A DNA stretch of 64,000 nucleotides from Chrysomallon squamiferum (Eukaryota; Animalia; Mollusca). Under the pieces are notes generated by a model. It ran no database searches. It worked only from the letters and a program-made list of their open reading frames with translations, and was not told the DNA's origin. Where the stretch lies: positions 2,480,001 to 2,544,000 of the forward strand of contig CM022669.1 of assembly GCA_012295275.1 (NCBI GenBank). Direction: 5' to 3'. The position numbers were made by a program, and so were the translations under genes. Shown piece by piece: positions 1-12,651 of the stretch (positions are counted from its first letter, which is position 1; each line of letters starts with the position of its first letter).

Positions 1-49
1 ATTAAAAAATAGTTTGGCAGCAAAAAAGTGTAGTAGTAGTAGTAGCAGC

Positions 50-240
50 AGTAATACTAGTAACAGTAATACTAGTAGTGTTAGTGGAAATAGCAGTAGT
101 ACTAGTAACAGTAATAATAGTAGTGTTAGTGGAAATAGCAGTAGTACTAGTAACAGTAATAATAGTAGTGTTAGTGGAAATAGCAGTAGTACTAGTAACA
201 GTAATAATAGTAGTGTTAGTGGAAATAGCAGTAGTAGTTG
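50..240. repeat. 45-bp tandem repeat (~4 copies) in AGT-rich low-complexity tract
   Basis: Unit agtactagtaacagtaataatagtagtgttagtggaaatagcagt repeats nearly perfectly. It accounts for the spurious Thr/Ser/Val-rich ORFs at 2-287. Confidence 0.9.
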
Positions 241-415
241 CTATTTTAGCCATATTAGTAGTAGCTAAGCAGAAGTATCAGTCGTAGTATCTGTAAGAAT
301 ATTACAAGTAGTAATAGTAGTAGTAGTAGTACACGCAGAAGTAGTAATTATGGTAATAGCTACAGCAGTAGTAATCATATCAATAACAGAGTAGTAGCAG
401 TATCTATCGAAGATG

Positions 416-1310
416 TATACTACATGAAAAAGCAACTGTGAATCATGAACAGAGTGGTTTTTTTAATAAAATAACCAGGTGGTGTTATAAATGTTTATTT
501 ATTGAAACTGTAAACTCAAAATCATTACCTGTTAAAAGAGGGATGGTACAAAACGTTAATTCACAGAGTCAACATGGTGTGTGACCTCCACTAGCAGTGA
601 TACAGGCTTGACAATGGCGTCGGATAGACAAAACTAGATGGTTGAAAAAAACTTGTAGTTTCATATCTCAGTCAAAACTTGTTCCAACTGACAAGATTAC
701 AGAGCGTTCCCCTTGACGTCTGTCTGGATGAAGCGTTGACTCAGCTGTGAACAGAACAGTCCCAGTCTTGTCGCCTGAACAAAATGTTGTTGACACCAGC
801 GAGCCTGCCGATGATGTAGAGGTAAACGTGTGGCTGGTTGTCGGGGCCGGATGTTGTGTTCCTGTACGGTCCTAGCATTAATGGGTCTTAACCAAGGAAT
901 GGTTCGAGCTGTTAAACTGGCGGTTTGGAACTGCTTTCGTAAGTGAACCATTCGAATATGGTTATCTTGTGACGCCATATGAGTACGGCCCGCAATCTGG
1001 CAAGCCATTAGTGCTGTCCTGTTAAAGACTTTGTCGTATTTCGGTGTACACCAAAACGGCGACAACATCTGATTGCAGGAAGACGTTGGTTTTCGGAAAG
1101 TGTGGCATGACGTAACCTTCGTTGATTTTCATTTTTAAAAACAACGTGTGTGAGTATCCTGTGGTCCCAAAACAAGAAGTGAACCATAACCAAAATATCG
1201 AAGACAATGCTTTCATGAATATGTATTGATTTTTTCTTTCTCTAATTTTGGAAAATGTGTATTTGTATTAAATATTATATCATACACAGTTACTTTTTTC
1301 CGTTAGTATA
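416..1310 (-). mobile_element. Degenerate, internally deleted Tc1-family DNA transposon in an Ig-gene intron
   Basis: Minus-strand frames from ATG 1108 give broken Tc1 transposase motifs: LSENQRL..RRFGVHRNT, GR..SQDNHIRMVHLRKQFQTASLTARTIPWLRPINARTV..EHNIRPR, RRQDW..VLFTAES (first catalytic-D region, mutated) and a C-terminal FFNHLVLSIRRHCQACITASGGHT (stop 569-571). Imperfect TIRs: TATACTACATGAAAAAGCAACTGTG at 416 versus the reverse complement of CACAGTTACTTTTTTCCGTTAGTATA ending at 1310, with TA at both ends. Confidence 0.85.
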
Positions 1311-1400
1311 GTAGTAATGCAGGCAGTTGTGTAGTGCTGACAGTCGCAGTAGCATAACAGTATTTTAAACTCAGTTTATTATCATTATTTTATTTTCCAG

Positions 1401-4268
1401 GAATAGGAGTGAGCGGCGAGGTTCTGATGATTCACAACGTAAGCAGATACTGCGGCGACGTTTACGAATGTGTTGCCTTTAATGGGGTCCCACCCGCTGT
1501 GAACAGACTGATGAAAATTGTTGTAGAATGTTAGTGTTTTTCGATGATTTTTTCAGTGAAACATTCAAAACTGATTATATCCCTTCTTATTCACTAATTC
1601 GCCATTTTCTTGGTACACAAATTTTCACACTTCTATAAACTCATAAAAGCCTTCTAGACGCTTTGATTGTCGGCATGTTTTTGTTTTATTTTATAGCTTT
1701 GTCCCTTTGATTTCAGAAAAGGGGGTGTAATTTTAAAGAACTGTTTAGGTTCTATTTAATCCAATAAAATATATTAAAAAAAAATTATACAATGTATTGA
1801 AGGGCGTAAAACTGTAAACGAGAATAACTTTTAATTAATTAATTTAGCAGAGCGTAATAGAATATGTAATAGCAGTAACTCAAATAGATCTGGGAATATT
1901 TGTAGACTATTTGGTATGTATTTTCGTTTGAAATTAATATAATATGCAACATAATTGTTATTTTACAACAGTTCCGCCGGAAGTTCGTCTACCGAACAAA
2001 CGTATTGGTCAGGATACAGGCAAGGAAACCATACTGGAATGTGTCGTGTCGGCCAATCCGATAGACAAACGCGTCTGGATGCGCGATGGCGTGGAAATTT
2101 CCAACAGCCACAAGTACCGCCTGGAAACTTACGACGAAGGCGACAACACCATCACACTGAGCCTCAAGATCAAACTACTAGAAGAAGAAGACTTTGGCAA
2201 ATATACATGTTTTGCGTCTAACGACTTGGGTAGCGACAAAGAGAGTATGGTTCTATATGGTAAATTCAAACCTGGCTTATCTACCTGCACAAAACAGCAT
2301 TAGTGTTTGTTTTTGTGGCCGATGCATGTTGTAATTGCACAGTTTAAAGTGACTTTTTCGCTTTTATATTAAATTACTTTAAGTGATGAATGACGTGTTT
2401 AAAATAGTATCTTTTCAGCAGATATAACCGATGATTTTTAAACATAAAACGTGACAGCAACTATTTCCTTTCACTTTGGTAATTTTTTATTTTAAGAGAA
2501 AATCTCACGTGTTACAAAACTTTTTCTTGTGTTTGTTTCGTTATTATTGTGTGTTTGTTTCGTTATTATTGTGTGTTTGTTTCGTTATTATTGTGTGTTT
2601 GTTTCGTTATTATTGTGTGTTTGTTTCGTTATTATTGTGTGTTTGTTTCGTTATTATTGTGTGTTTGTTTTTTGTTTTATTGTTTGTTTTCGTTATTTTG
2701 TTTGTTTGTTTCGTTATTATTGTGTGTTTGTTTCGTTATTATTGTTTGTTTGTGTTTGTTTCGTTATTATTGTGTGTTTGTTTCGTTATTATTGTTTGTT
2801 TGTTTCGTTATTATTGTGTGTTTGTTTCGTTATTATTGTTTGTTTGTTTTTGTTTTCTATTGTTTGTTTCGTTATTATTGTGTGTTTGTTTCGTTATTAT
2901 TGTTTGTTTGTTTCGTTATTATTGTGTGTTTGTTTCGTTATTATTGTGTGTTTGTTTTTGTTTTTATTGTTTGTTTGTTACGTTATTATTGTGTGTTTGT
3001 TTCGTTATTATTGTTTGTTTGTTTCATTATTATTGTGTGTGTTTGTTTCGTTATTATTGTGTGTTTGTTTCGTTATTATTGTGTGTTTGTTTCGTTATTA
3101 TTGTGTGTTTGTTTCGTTATTATTGTGTGTTTGTTTCGTTATTATTGTGTGTTTGTTTCGTTATTATTGTGTGTTTGTTTTTGTTTTCTATTGTTTGTTT
3201 CGTTATTATTGTGTGTTTGTTTCGTTATTATTGTGTGTTTGTTTCGTTATTATTGTGTGTTTGTTTCGTTATTATTGTGTGTTTGTTTCGTTATTATTGT
3301 GTGTTTGTTTCGTTATTATTGTTTGTTTGTTTCGTTATTATTGTGTGTTTGTTTCGTTATTATTGTTTTTTTTTTTGTTTTATTGTTTGTTTTTTTTTTT
3401 TATTATTGTTTTTGTTTCGTTATTATTGTGTGTTTGTTTCGTTATTATTTATTGTTTGTTTTTTTTTCTATTGTTTGTTTGTTATTATTATTGTGTGTTT
3501 GTTTCGTTATTATTGTGTGTTTGTTTCGTTATTATTGTGTGTTTGTTTCGTTATTATTGTGTTTTTGTTTTCTATTGTGTGTTTGTTTCGTTATTATTGT
3601 GTGTTTGTTTCGTTATTATTGTGTGTTTGTTTCGTTATTATTGTTTGTTTGTTTCGTTATTATTGTGTGTTTGTTTCGTTATTATTGTTTGTTTGTTTTT
3701 GTTTTCTATTGTTTGTTTGTTTTTGTTTTCTATTGTGTTTGTTTCGTTATTATTGTGTGTTTGTTTTTGTTTTCTATTGTTTGTTTGTTTTTGTTTTCTA
3801 TTTGTGGTTTTTGTACTTTTTTGTCGTTTGCTTTTAGAAGCGGTTAAAGCCCGAGCTCCACAACTTCTGTTTTAAGGGATTTTTGATTCTGCAACACAAC
3901 ACAACACAGGCCGCGTATTATGTTGTTTTACCATACTTATTATCTTATTAATTAATTTATCTGTCATTTATTTATTTATTTATTTATTTATTTATTTGTT
4001 TAAACCTGCAGATTATTCTGCCTACTGGAAGCCTGCCACCGTTAAAACTACTGCTACATCGACGACAGAAAGGACAGAACTGGAGTTCAAGCCATTCTGG
4101 AGAACAACAGCACGCAACTCTCCCACCAGAAAGTATCCACTGATTCCAGCCGAGGAGAGCATAGACAGAAAATACTTCAATATATTTCCTATAAAAACCA
4201 CGCCGCCATTCCCTAGAAAAAAAGACGATAATCTTTCAGGTATTCAGTTTTATTTTATTTCATGTATT

Positions 4269-4304
<36 letters not shown>

Positions 4305-4407
4305 GCGTAAATGTATGTGTGTGTGTATGTAATATATGTATGTGTGGGGGGGTGTTTGCGTGCGTAAGTGCATATGTGTGTGTATGTAGTATATGTGTGT
4401 GTGTGTC

Positions 4408-4446
<39 letters not shown>

Positions 4447-5125
4447 ATATATAAACGTACGTATCTATATTTGTATGTATGTATGTATTATGTCTGTCAG
4501 TGGTTCAAACTTTTTGAAGTCGGGGCACACTTGAAGCCTTACAAAAAACTGCGGGCATACTTCACACAAAATGCTAAGAAATATAATGCACAATGTAAAA
4601 AATACAGAAATAACTGAAGAAGGATATTGCGGCTGAATCGGTTGCGGAGCAGGCTGCTATGGTTGTCTATCCTCATTGTTTACATCTATGTCGGATTCTT
4701 CATCATTTCGCGTATAAACGGTTCTCGTCTGGAATCTGTACCGTTTGTTTTTCTTTTGTGAGAGATGTTCACTAATATATTTAGAGTTACCGCCCTTCTG
4801 TGAGAGATGTTCACTGATGTGAGTATACACCTTTATTCATCATCTATTTTGTGCTGATGAGAAGTATGAGCCTGACGTGTCTTGGCAGTTTCTTCAAAAA
4901 TATAATATGAAATACAATGTATGGTATGGTATGGTATGGTATGGTATGGTATGGTATGGTATGGTATGGTATGGTATGGTATGGTATGTATAAATATGCA
5001 TGTTAATCCATAAATATATATATATATATATATATATATGGGTATAGGTATGTACATCGTGAGAGAGAGATATATTTTATAATGTGTGACTTTATAATAT
5101 TAATAATATTAACAACAACAACAAC

Positions 5126-5184
<59 letters not shown>

Positions 5185-5342
5185 TGATATTGATGATGAT
5201 GATATTTAGAGATCTTTTGACAGGTGCCCGATGGAAGACGGGGGAATCCTCAGAAATATTTAAAAACAAGTCGACATTTACTACTGTGAGCTGTCTCAGC
5301 TTGACATTTACTTTGTGGTGCTACCTGCTGTTAATCTCATGA
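1401..5342 (+). CDS. 3' part of a lachesin/DIP/IgLON-like GPI-anchored immunoglobulin superfamily cell-adhesion protein (5' exons lie outside the window)
   Basis: Exons 1401-1529 (GEVLMIHNVSRYCGDVYECVAFNGVPPAV), 1972-2259 (complete Ig domain: FPPEV..ETILECVVSANP..W..LKI..EEEDFGKYTCFASNDLG), 4012-4239 (Thr/Pro-rich stalk) and 5224-5342 (hydrophobic tail TTVSCLSLTFTLWCYLLLIS*, GPI-signal-like). All introns are GT-AG, phase 1. Confidence 0.88.
2528..3805. repeat. 22-bp minisatellite array (TTCGTTATTATTGTGTGTTTGT)n, ~1.3 kb
   Basis: Directly visible tandem array with variant units inside an Ig-gene intron. It produces stop-free ORFs in all three + frames. Confidence 0.97.
4262..4495. repeat. (TG)n/(TATG)n microsatellite tract
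   Basis: Direct reading. Confidence 0.9.
4498..4680. mobile_element. Possible hAT-type MITE remnant
   Basis: Begins CAGTGGTTCAAACTTTTT, resembling hAT/MER5-type termini (CAGTGGTTCTCAAAC). No clean right TIR or 8-bp TSD found. Confidence 0.3.
4919..5200. repeat. (ATGGT)n, (TA)n and (AAT)n microsatellites
   Basis: Direct reading. Confidence 0.92.
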
Positions 5343-7002
5343 TAGTCTGCTGAGAAGACTAATCTGCGTGTAACGGGCTCACAACGTATCACTTCAGAGG
5401 CTCAGGAGCGTACTAATGAAGCCTGGTTTTCTTATACGCGGGAGTTTTAGATCTTTTATAGTTATATGCATGTAAAATCATAACAGGCTTTTTAAATTCT
5501 GTGTCCAGTGTTTGGCAAATATTCAGTCGTGAATATTTTTAACTTGTCCCTAAGAACATTTTTATTTATTCTGAATATTAAGCTTTAAAGGAACATCAGT
5601 TTAAAAGATGATATTTGTAGAGTAAAAATAGTAATGGTGATGATGATGATAACGATGATGAATTGTGTTGTTGCTGATGATGATAATGATAGTGATAAAT
5701 AGAAATAAATCTTAAAGACTGAGTTCTCACGATACATTAATTTATCGATCAATACAGTAATTAATAGTAATCGAATAATATGAACAGTTATCAACAGAAG
5801 ATGAAGGGGCATAAGCTGTTGTTTAGTTCATTTTCATGTTCTGATTGAATGAAAGCTGAAGATTTGTCGAGAGAAACAGGCCACGTTTAACTGTAATTTA
5901 ACATCACGATTCAAGTGCTTTCGACATCTCAATGATTTGTAACATATACAATTTAATTTGCTAAAATATATATATATATATATTAATAATATTAATTAAA
6001 TTGTAACAAAATTACGTTATTCATCTTAAAGCTGAGTTTTCACGGATGTGAATATTCATCGTACGTCGGCTGACAATGAAACCGAAGTCTCTTTTAGTTC
6101 AGTGAACTCTCGTTCAAAAATCACGTGCTACGTTTATCAGTGTATCTAAAACATTCAACTAATAAAATATGTTGATGTTACTGTTATGTTTCGAAAATAA
6201 ATCTGCATTACAAAATCACTGACCCCATATGTAATTATGATTGATTTATTCATTTAAAGCTTTTAAACAGAAAAAACAACAACTCAAAAGCAATCTTTAT
6301 CTTATTATGAATATAATTACTGAAATATATCGTGAATATTCAAAAATATTAAGTGAAACATATGTAATGAAACTAGCTCAGTTTGTCCTGTCATCGACTG
6401 ATCCGTTTCTGTTAATGAGTATAATTACGTAAAATAGTATTGCCAAAGACTGTATGACGTGAATATTGTAATTGTTGTTTTAATAGTATCTGCATCAAAG
6501 ATTATACCGTTTTCTAGATATTTGACTTTAAGTGAATATTCTTTTCATTCATATTCACTATCTATTTTTTCTTATTCTATTTTCTTTCTTTCTTTATCTT
6601 TTTTTATTTTTTTTTTTTTTTTCATGGTATTCATTATTTCCATAAAATTTATAGAAATGGAGGTATGGTTTTTATTATTAAGTTTGTTTATTTCAGTGAA
6701 AAAGGTGTTGTTTTCGAAATCTTTCGAAGTAAAACAAAAAAAAAAGACACAGAATTGAATGTAATAGCTGAAGAACAATAATACAGAATATAAAGAATAT
6801 TAATTCATCCATGCAAAGTTGTATAATGCATTCCAAAACTGAAATTACACTTGAAGAAGCCAAAGAGAATAAAATTCTGTTCGTCCCATAGGTTGTTAAT
6901 TTTTAATTTTCATTTTTCATATGTATATAGATATACCTCACGGCTTGGCTGTGTTATTCAGTTGCTGTTGTTTTTTTGTTACCGTTGTTGTTGTTGTTGT
7001 TA

Positions 7003-7049
<47 letters not shown>

Positions 7050-8582
7050 TATGTAAAATGATAATGAACTGTGTCCTGTGTCTCACAGTATATCTTTAAC
7101 TGTTAGTTATCTATGTATCTGATTGTATATAATAATTAGTTAATTAGTCTTCTGAATGTATTTTATTTAAATCTCAGTAATTCTCCTGAGCTAATATGTT
7201 TACTTGTTTAATATTATTATAATCATCACGTGTTTCCTGTGTAGCTGGCAGACATCAAAATGTGAGTTTTCATTAAACTATTTGTTTGTTCTTCTGATGT
7301 CTTATATCAGTGCCCTTTTAAAATTAGAATATTGTTAGCAACGAATATTGATTTTGATAATAAAAATTATTGGCGATTTTACTGAAGCTGTTTACTGTAA
7401 AATACTGAACAATATTTGTATTGTTATCAGTGTAACTGGGACGTTCCTGATAATCTTTCTCTTATTAAATTGTTAGTTTATTAACGAAAATGTACTGCAA
7501 TATTACTGTTTATTGCTTTATATTTATTAGTGTTTCATGTAAATATTCTTTAATTTTCTTTCATTTATACACCCACCATTTTAAATAAATCTATCATCAG
7601 CCTCCGTTTTCAGACTTGTAAAAATACTTGTTTTCCGAAACTACTTATTACGCCGTTTATGATTTAGTCTTAATATGACGACTAAGTGGAAATTACAATG
7701 ATGTATGAATAGACACGAATACATAAATGTGATTTATATATACAGACTAATTATTATGTTTCTGTCGACAGTGGAAACCTGTAACAGATTTGTAATAAAA
7801 TATTATGCTGATTTGTTTCTTTTCATTTCTTGTTATTAAGAAGTTTGTTTTCTACTCATAATATTAAATGTAAGTTTGTGCTGTTTAAAGACATCCAAGA
7901 AAATCAGTATCTTTATGTTTTTAGAAGAAGAGAATCTTTGAATTACATTTTTTAAATTGTATTTATTTTTTAATTTTTAATTTTTTAATTTTATATTATT
8001 AATTTTATTTATTCATTCATTTATTATTATTATTATTATTACTTTAAAAAACAAAACAACAAAAGAAACATTCATAGTAATGATAGTAATAGTGGAAGTT
8101 TATGATGTTTTAAAGGTAGTAATAGTAGATGTTGCAGTGCTCTCGAAACAGAAGTAGCAGTCGTAGTAATAGTAGTAATAGCAGCGGCAGTTGTAGTAGA
8201 AGTAGAAGTAGTAGAATACAAGCAATGTAGTATTAGCAGGAACAGTGGTATTAAAAGTTTTTGTTGTTGTAGAGTAGCGGTTGTAATTGTAGTAGTAACA
8301 ATAGCAGTAATTGCTTCAGTAGTAGTGGTAGTAATAGCAACAGCAACAATATTAGCAGTAGTGGTAAAATCCAGTTCTGAGGGTGTGAATCAAACTCTTT
8401 GGCTATTCAGATATCTGAAAACTAACTTCTAAGATTAAAACTCACAACACAGAACACGAAGCTCATAACCCTAAAATACAGAACGATTTAACCACTTTAT
8501 TGATATAGTGGTGTGAGCCTCACAATCATTTGTTACAAGAGTGTGTAGCTTGCTAAGAACAGTAGTTTATTTTATTGTGGTT

Positions 8583-11500
8583 TCAGAGTGGAAGACCTGA
8601 CCTGTAACAGTAATACATCTTACAGCTGCAGCCAGTGGGCAGATACAGCTTGATGGGTCTGATGCGTTTGTTGTACGTGTATTTCTCGCAGTATGCCCAC
8701 ACTGAGACCCACTCGTAGTCTTCAACACACATGGAATCACCAGACCTGTATCCACCGCAGTACTTACACGGCTTAGCAGGGTACCTGAAACATAGGACAT
8801 TGAGAGAAGAGTATAAGTACAAGGCCTGACAGTCATTTTTCTGAATAGACGATTTGAGAAAAATATTATAAGTGCACAGCTTGGCAGGATAACGAAAAAT
8901 AAATAAATATGGGTTTTCTAAGAAATAGTAAATGCATGGTTAGGCATGGTATCTGAAATAATGAGATAGTGGTAAGAAATATAAAGTATATATATATATG
9001 ACGATGTTATCTGAAATACGTTAGACTTGGAGCATACAGATTCAAATCTAGAGCTAAATATACTTGAACAAAGAATGGATTTAAACGAGGAATCCTCACA
9101 AAAGTCACAAATTATTACTTAACACCAAACAACAACAACCTAAGATCTTAATTTTTTTATATCTGCTTATTTTAATTTTTTATTTATTTTTTTTGTTTTT
9201 TCAATAGCCCCCAAGGGAAAGGTTTGATCCATATGAGACCTGAAAATCAACGCAGAAAGAATACTTTTGGAATATCATAAATATTATCAGTAAATATTTT
9301 TGATAAAAAATTGTAATTCCTAATAGTAATTAATAAAAAGTTATTTTCTAGTGATTGCTTTTATTATTTAAATATATTAATCTTGATAACTGTTTAAAAC
9401 GTTTCACGTTAATATAACAGGCATCATATAAAGGACAATAGTTAAACACTTACCTGCATCTATTGTACTGTATTTTCTGGTAATTTGGATTCACGACCCA
9501 ACATTTTCCATTATTCATCTCAAAATGGTACAAACTGTATTTTATTTTTGGACATGCGTAATCGTCTGGTATCACTGGCAGGAAGCTTCTAAAAAAAAAA
9601 AAAAAAAAAAAAAAAAGAAAAAAGTTATTTATATATTTATTCATTCATTCATCCATTAATAAAATCATATTAGTGTAATTGTTGCGGTGGTTGTAGTTGT
9701 AGTTCTTCAATGAATATTAACTGACGCTATGTAACTCACGCAAAATGAGTGTCATATTATTATTCTATTTTTCTGACTTAATTATTACATTTGTTTTGTC
9801 AGTAATTGTAACACTATGATTCTACTAGAATTACTGTTGTGTATACTCTAGATGATCTTAAGAGTATGGACTGTTTTACTTACGCTTGTTTGTGGTTGCT
9901 GGGATACACTTTCTTTGGGTAGAGGTAGCTGTAATCTGTGTTAGACTGGACACCAGTGCCGAAACCGCCAAGCAGACCGCCACCATTAAACGAATAAGGT
10001 CGGAATCCAAATCCAAAACCGGAAGCTGTGTGACCGGTGACCTTGTACCCCAAGATAGGTTTCAAGAACGGCCGTCTGTTTAACTCATCCTGGATACGTT
10101 TTCTAAAATATATAGAGAATGACTGAATGTCAGAAACAATAATTCAACAATTCAACTACTACAGCTGCTATTACTATTGCCACTGCTACTGCTGCTGCTT
10201 CTGATGATGTTGCTACTAATACGAATACTAATACTATTTCTACTACAACTACTACTGCTAATAATAATGATAAACATATTACTGAATTTAAAAAAGTAAC
10301 TTACAGTGGATAACCGACCTGCTCATTGCCAAGATGGTAACCTTCAGACATATACTGATATCTGGTGCATTGTGGTCGATATGGTTTAGACGTTGCAACA
10401 TAGGCAGGATTCCTGGGTACAACATATCCAGGTAGTACGTATGTATTTCTTGGTTGGTACGGACTTGGGGATACGTACTGATTCGTACCAGCGGGATATG
10501 GTTGAACGTTTTGGTTCTGGTAACCAGTGTTGCGGTATCCACCGTGTTGTGGTTGTCTGTTGTCTGGGTTATATTTTTTATAAGTCTGCGGCCTGCTGGG
10601 ATGTTGGTTGTCTCTGCCTGCATGGTCATAAATATTTCTGTGTGGATACTGATTCGCTGGATGAGGCTCCGAATACGTGTTCCTAGGCACGTTATGAGAT
10701 CCACTGAGAGGATTTCTGTAACTGTTTTTAGCAGGATACGGGTTTCCAGTGTCTGGGTTATCGTACGTCTTTTTCGATGGATATGATTTATCTGGATTAA
10801 CGTAGGTTTCTTTGCTTGGATACGTATTATGTGGATTAACGTAGGTTTCTTTGCTTGGATACGTATTATGTGGATTAACGTAGGTTTCTTTGCTTGGATA
10901 CGTATTATGTGGATTAACGTACGTTTCTTTGCTTTGGTGCGTATTACGTGGGTTAAAGTAGGTGTCCTTCTCTAAATATGTGTTATGTGGGTTAAGGTAT
11001 TTTTCCTTCGATGGATACTGATTCGGATTATGTGGGTTAATTACTGGTTCTTTTACTGAATATTGCTTCCCACCCTGAGGAATGACATCTAATTCCTTGG
11101 ATGAATATTGATTTACGTTATGTGGATCATCCTTGTACGTGTCGGGTTCGACGTAGGCGTTTTTAGTTGGATACTGGGCAGTTTTAGGTGGGTTGTCGTA
11201 GATTCCGCGCTGTGGATACTGATCATGTGGTTCTTTATAGCTTTCCTTTGGTGGGTACTGATTTGCATTATGTTGTTCAGTAGACGTCTCTTTTGGTGGA
11301 TACTGATTTCCATTGTGGGGTTCTACATACATCTTCTTTGTTGGATACTGATTGGCAGTATGTGAATAACCATCAATCTCATTTGGTGGATAATGATTAG
11401 CATCATCTAGATTACTGTCTGTCTTCTTTGGAGGATAATGATTTGTATTAAGTGCGTTGTTATAAGTCGCTTTTGGTGGATACTGATTGCCTACACGTGG

Positions 11501-12651
11501 GTCATTGTAGATTTGTTTCGGTGGTTTATTGTAGGCTTTCTCCTTCTGATACTGGTTTCCATTCTGTGGATCAACACTTGACTCCATGTTTGGATGATAC
11601 TGATGATCAATATGAGCGTCTCCATGTGTCTCCTTTCCAGGATAGTGATTTGTATTGTGAGTATCACTATAGGTGTCCTTACGAGGGAACTGATTTCCGT
11701 TGTTCTGATCATTATATGTTTGCTGCGGTAAATTCTGACGTGCATCATTAGGTGGGTCCACGTGCGGTGTAACATCGTAAGTGGGTGCTGGTGGGGGAGG
11801 GATATTTCTGTTTTCGGTGACATACGGGTCGTTTACATGACTCGGGTGTTTTAAATCGTCACTCGGATAGTGGCCTGTTGGTGGATATTTTCCTAGGCTG
11901 GGATTTTTTGTAAGTAAATTGTCACCGAAAACACCTGTCTGCGCGGCCGCCTCAACAATGAAGAAAACTGTTAGAAAGTACTGAAATATAGGTTAGTATA
12001 TTTGTAAATACATAAATAAACAAATAAACATACAAACTAAGAAACATAGAAATTAAATCACTACTATCTGTTATAATATTTAACGATTACTGTTTTGTGA
12101 TTTTTCTTTCTTTGTGTTTGTTTTTCCCTTATATAACATTTACCTAACGGAAATAGAAGATACTGACATAAGTTAACTTCAATGTAAAATATTTTGGCTT
12201 CATTAAAGGTATGTGGATATACACAAATAAACAAAAATGTCTTCAATAAGCTAATTTCATACAGTAGGAAAAACTCGTACACAATCGTTATCAGGTATCT
12301 CTTACACCTATACTAAGATTTTCCTTTCAAATTTTCCTTTCAAACTATATACACAAATTATCATCTTAATAATAATAGAAACAGAAACCATAAAAATAAT
12401 AACAATACAAAGTTAGTAAAACAATAACAACATCAAGAACAACAATAACAACTACAGTTACAGCAGTAATATAAATAATTGTGATTATATTGATGATGAT
12501 AACGATAATAAAAAATACTATAATAATAATAATAATATTATTATCCCGATAAGCATTCAAAATACAGTTAACAATTAAAGCTGACACAACAAATAATTAA
12601 GTAAGAATTTATATTTAAAAATGAACTAAAATGAAAACAACGAACCCACAT
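8583..12651 (-). CDS. Secreted ~745-aa Asn/Tyr/Pro/Lys/His repeat protein with C-terminal spaetzle/neurotrophin-like cystine-knot domain
   Basis: Exons 12651-12646 (MW), 11980-10305, 10102-9884, 9588-9454 and 8784-8583 splice in frame (2238 nt, GT-AG, phases 0,2,2,2). Signal peptide MWYFLTVFFIVEAAA-Q; ~25 degenerate 13-15-aa repeats (NQYPxKxxYxxPH); Gly-rich linker; C-terminus ACPK..GKCWVVNPNYQKIQYNRC..PCKYC..CVEDYEWVSVWAYC..IKLYLPTGCSC, matching the spaetzle-family Cys pattern. AATAAA at 8501-8496. Confidence 0.85.
10793..10934 (-). repeat. Coding 39-bp tandem repeat (ETYVNPHNTYPSK), ~3.6 near-identical copies
   Basis: Unit tggattaacgtaggtttctttgcttggatacgtattatg starts at 10793, 10832, 10871 and 10910. 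Confidence 0.95.

Noticed and set aside
697-1216. Nested antisense gene with a signal-peptide-like start (MKALSSIFWLWF)
   Set aside because: Explained as frameshifted Tc1 transposase remnants.
2528-3805. CRISPR-like repeat array
   Set aside because: Units are directly abutting with no unique spacers, there are no cas genes, and the context is eukaryotic.
2476-3875. Three 430-450-aa hydrophobic Cys-rich ORFs
   Set aside because: Translations of the 22-bp minisatellite in all three frames; intronic and not protein-like.
10393-11751. Several + strand and alternative-frame ORFs overlapping the repeat exon
   Set aside because: Shadow ORFs of the repetitive minus-strand coding exon.
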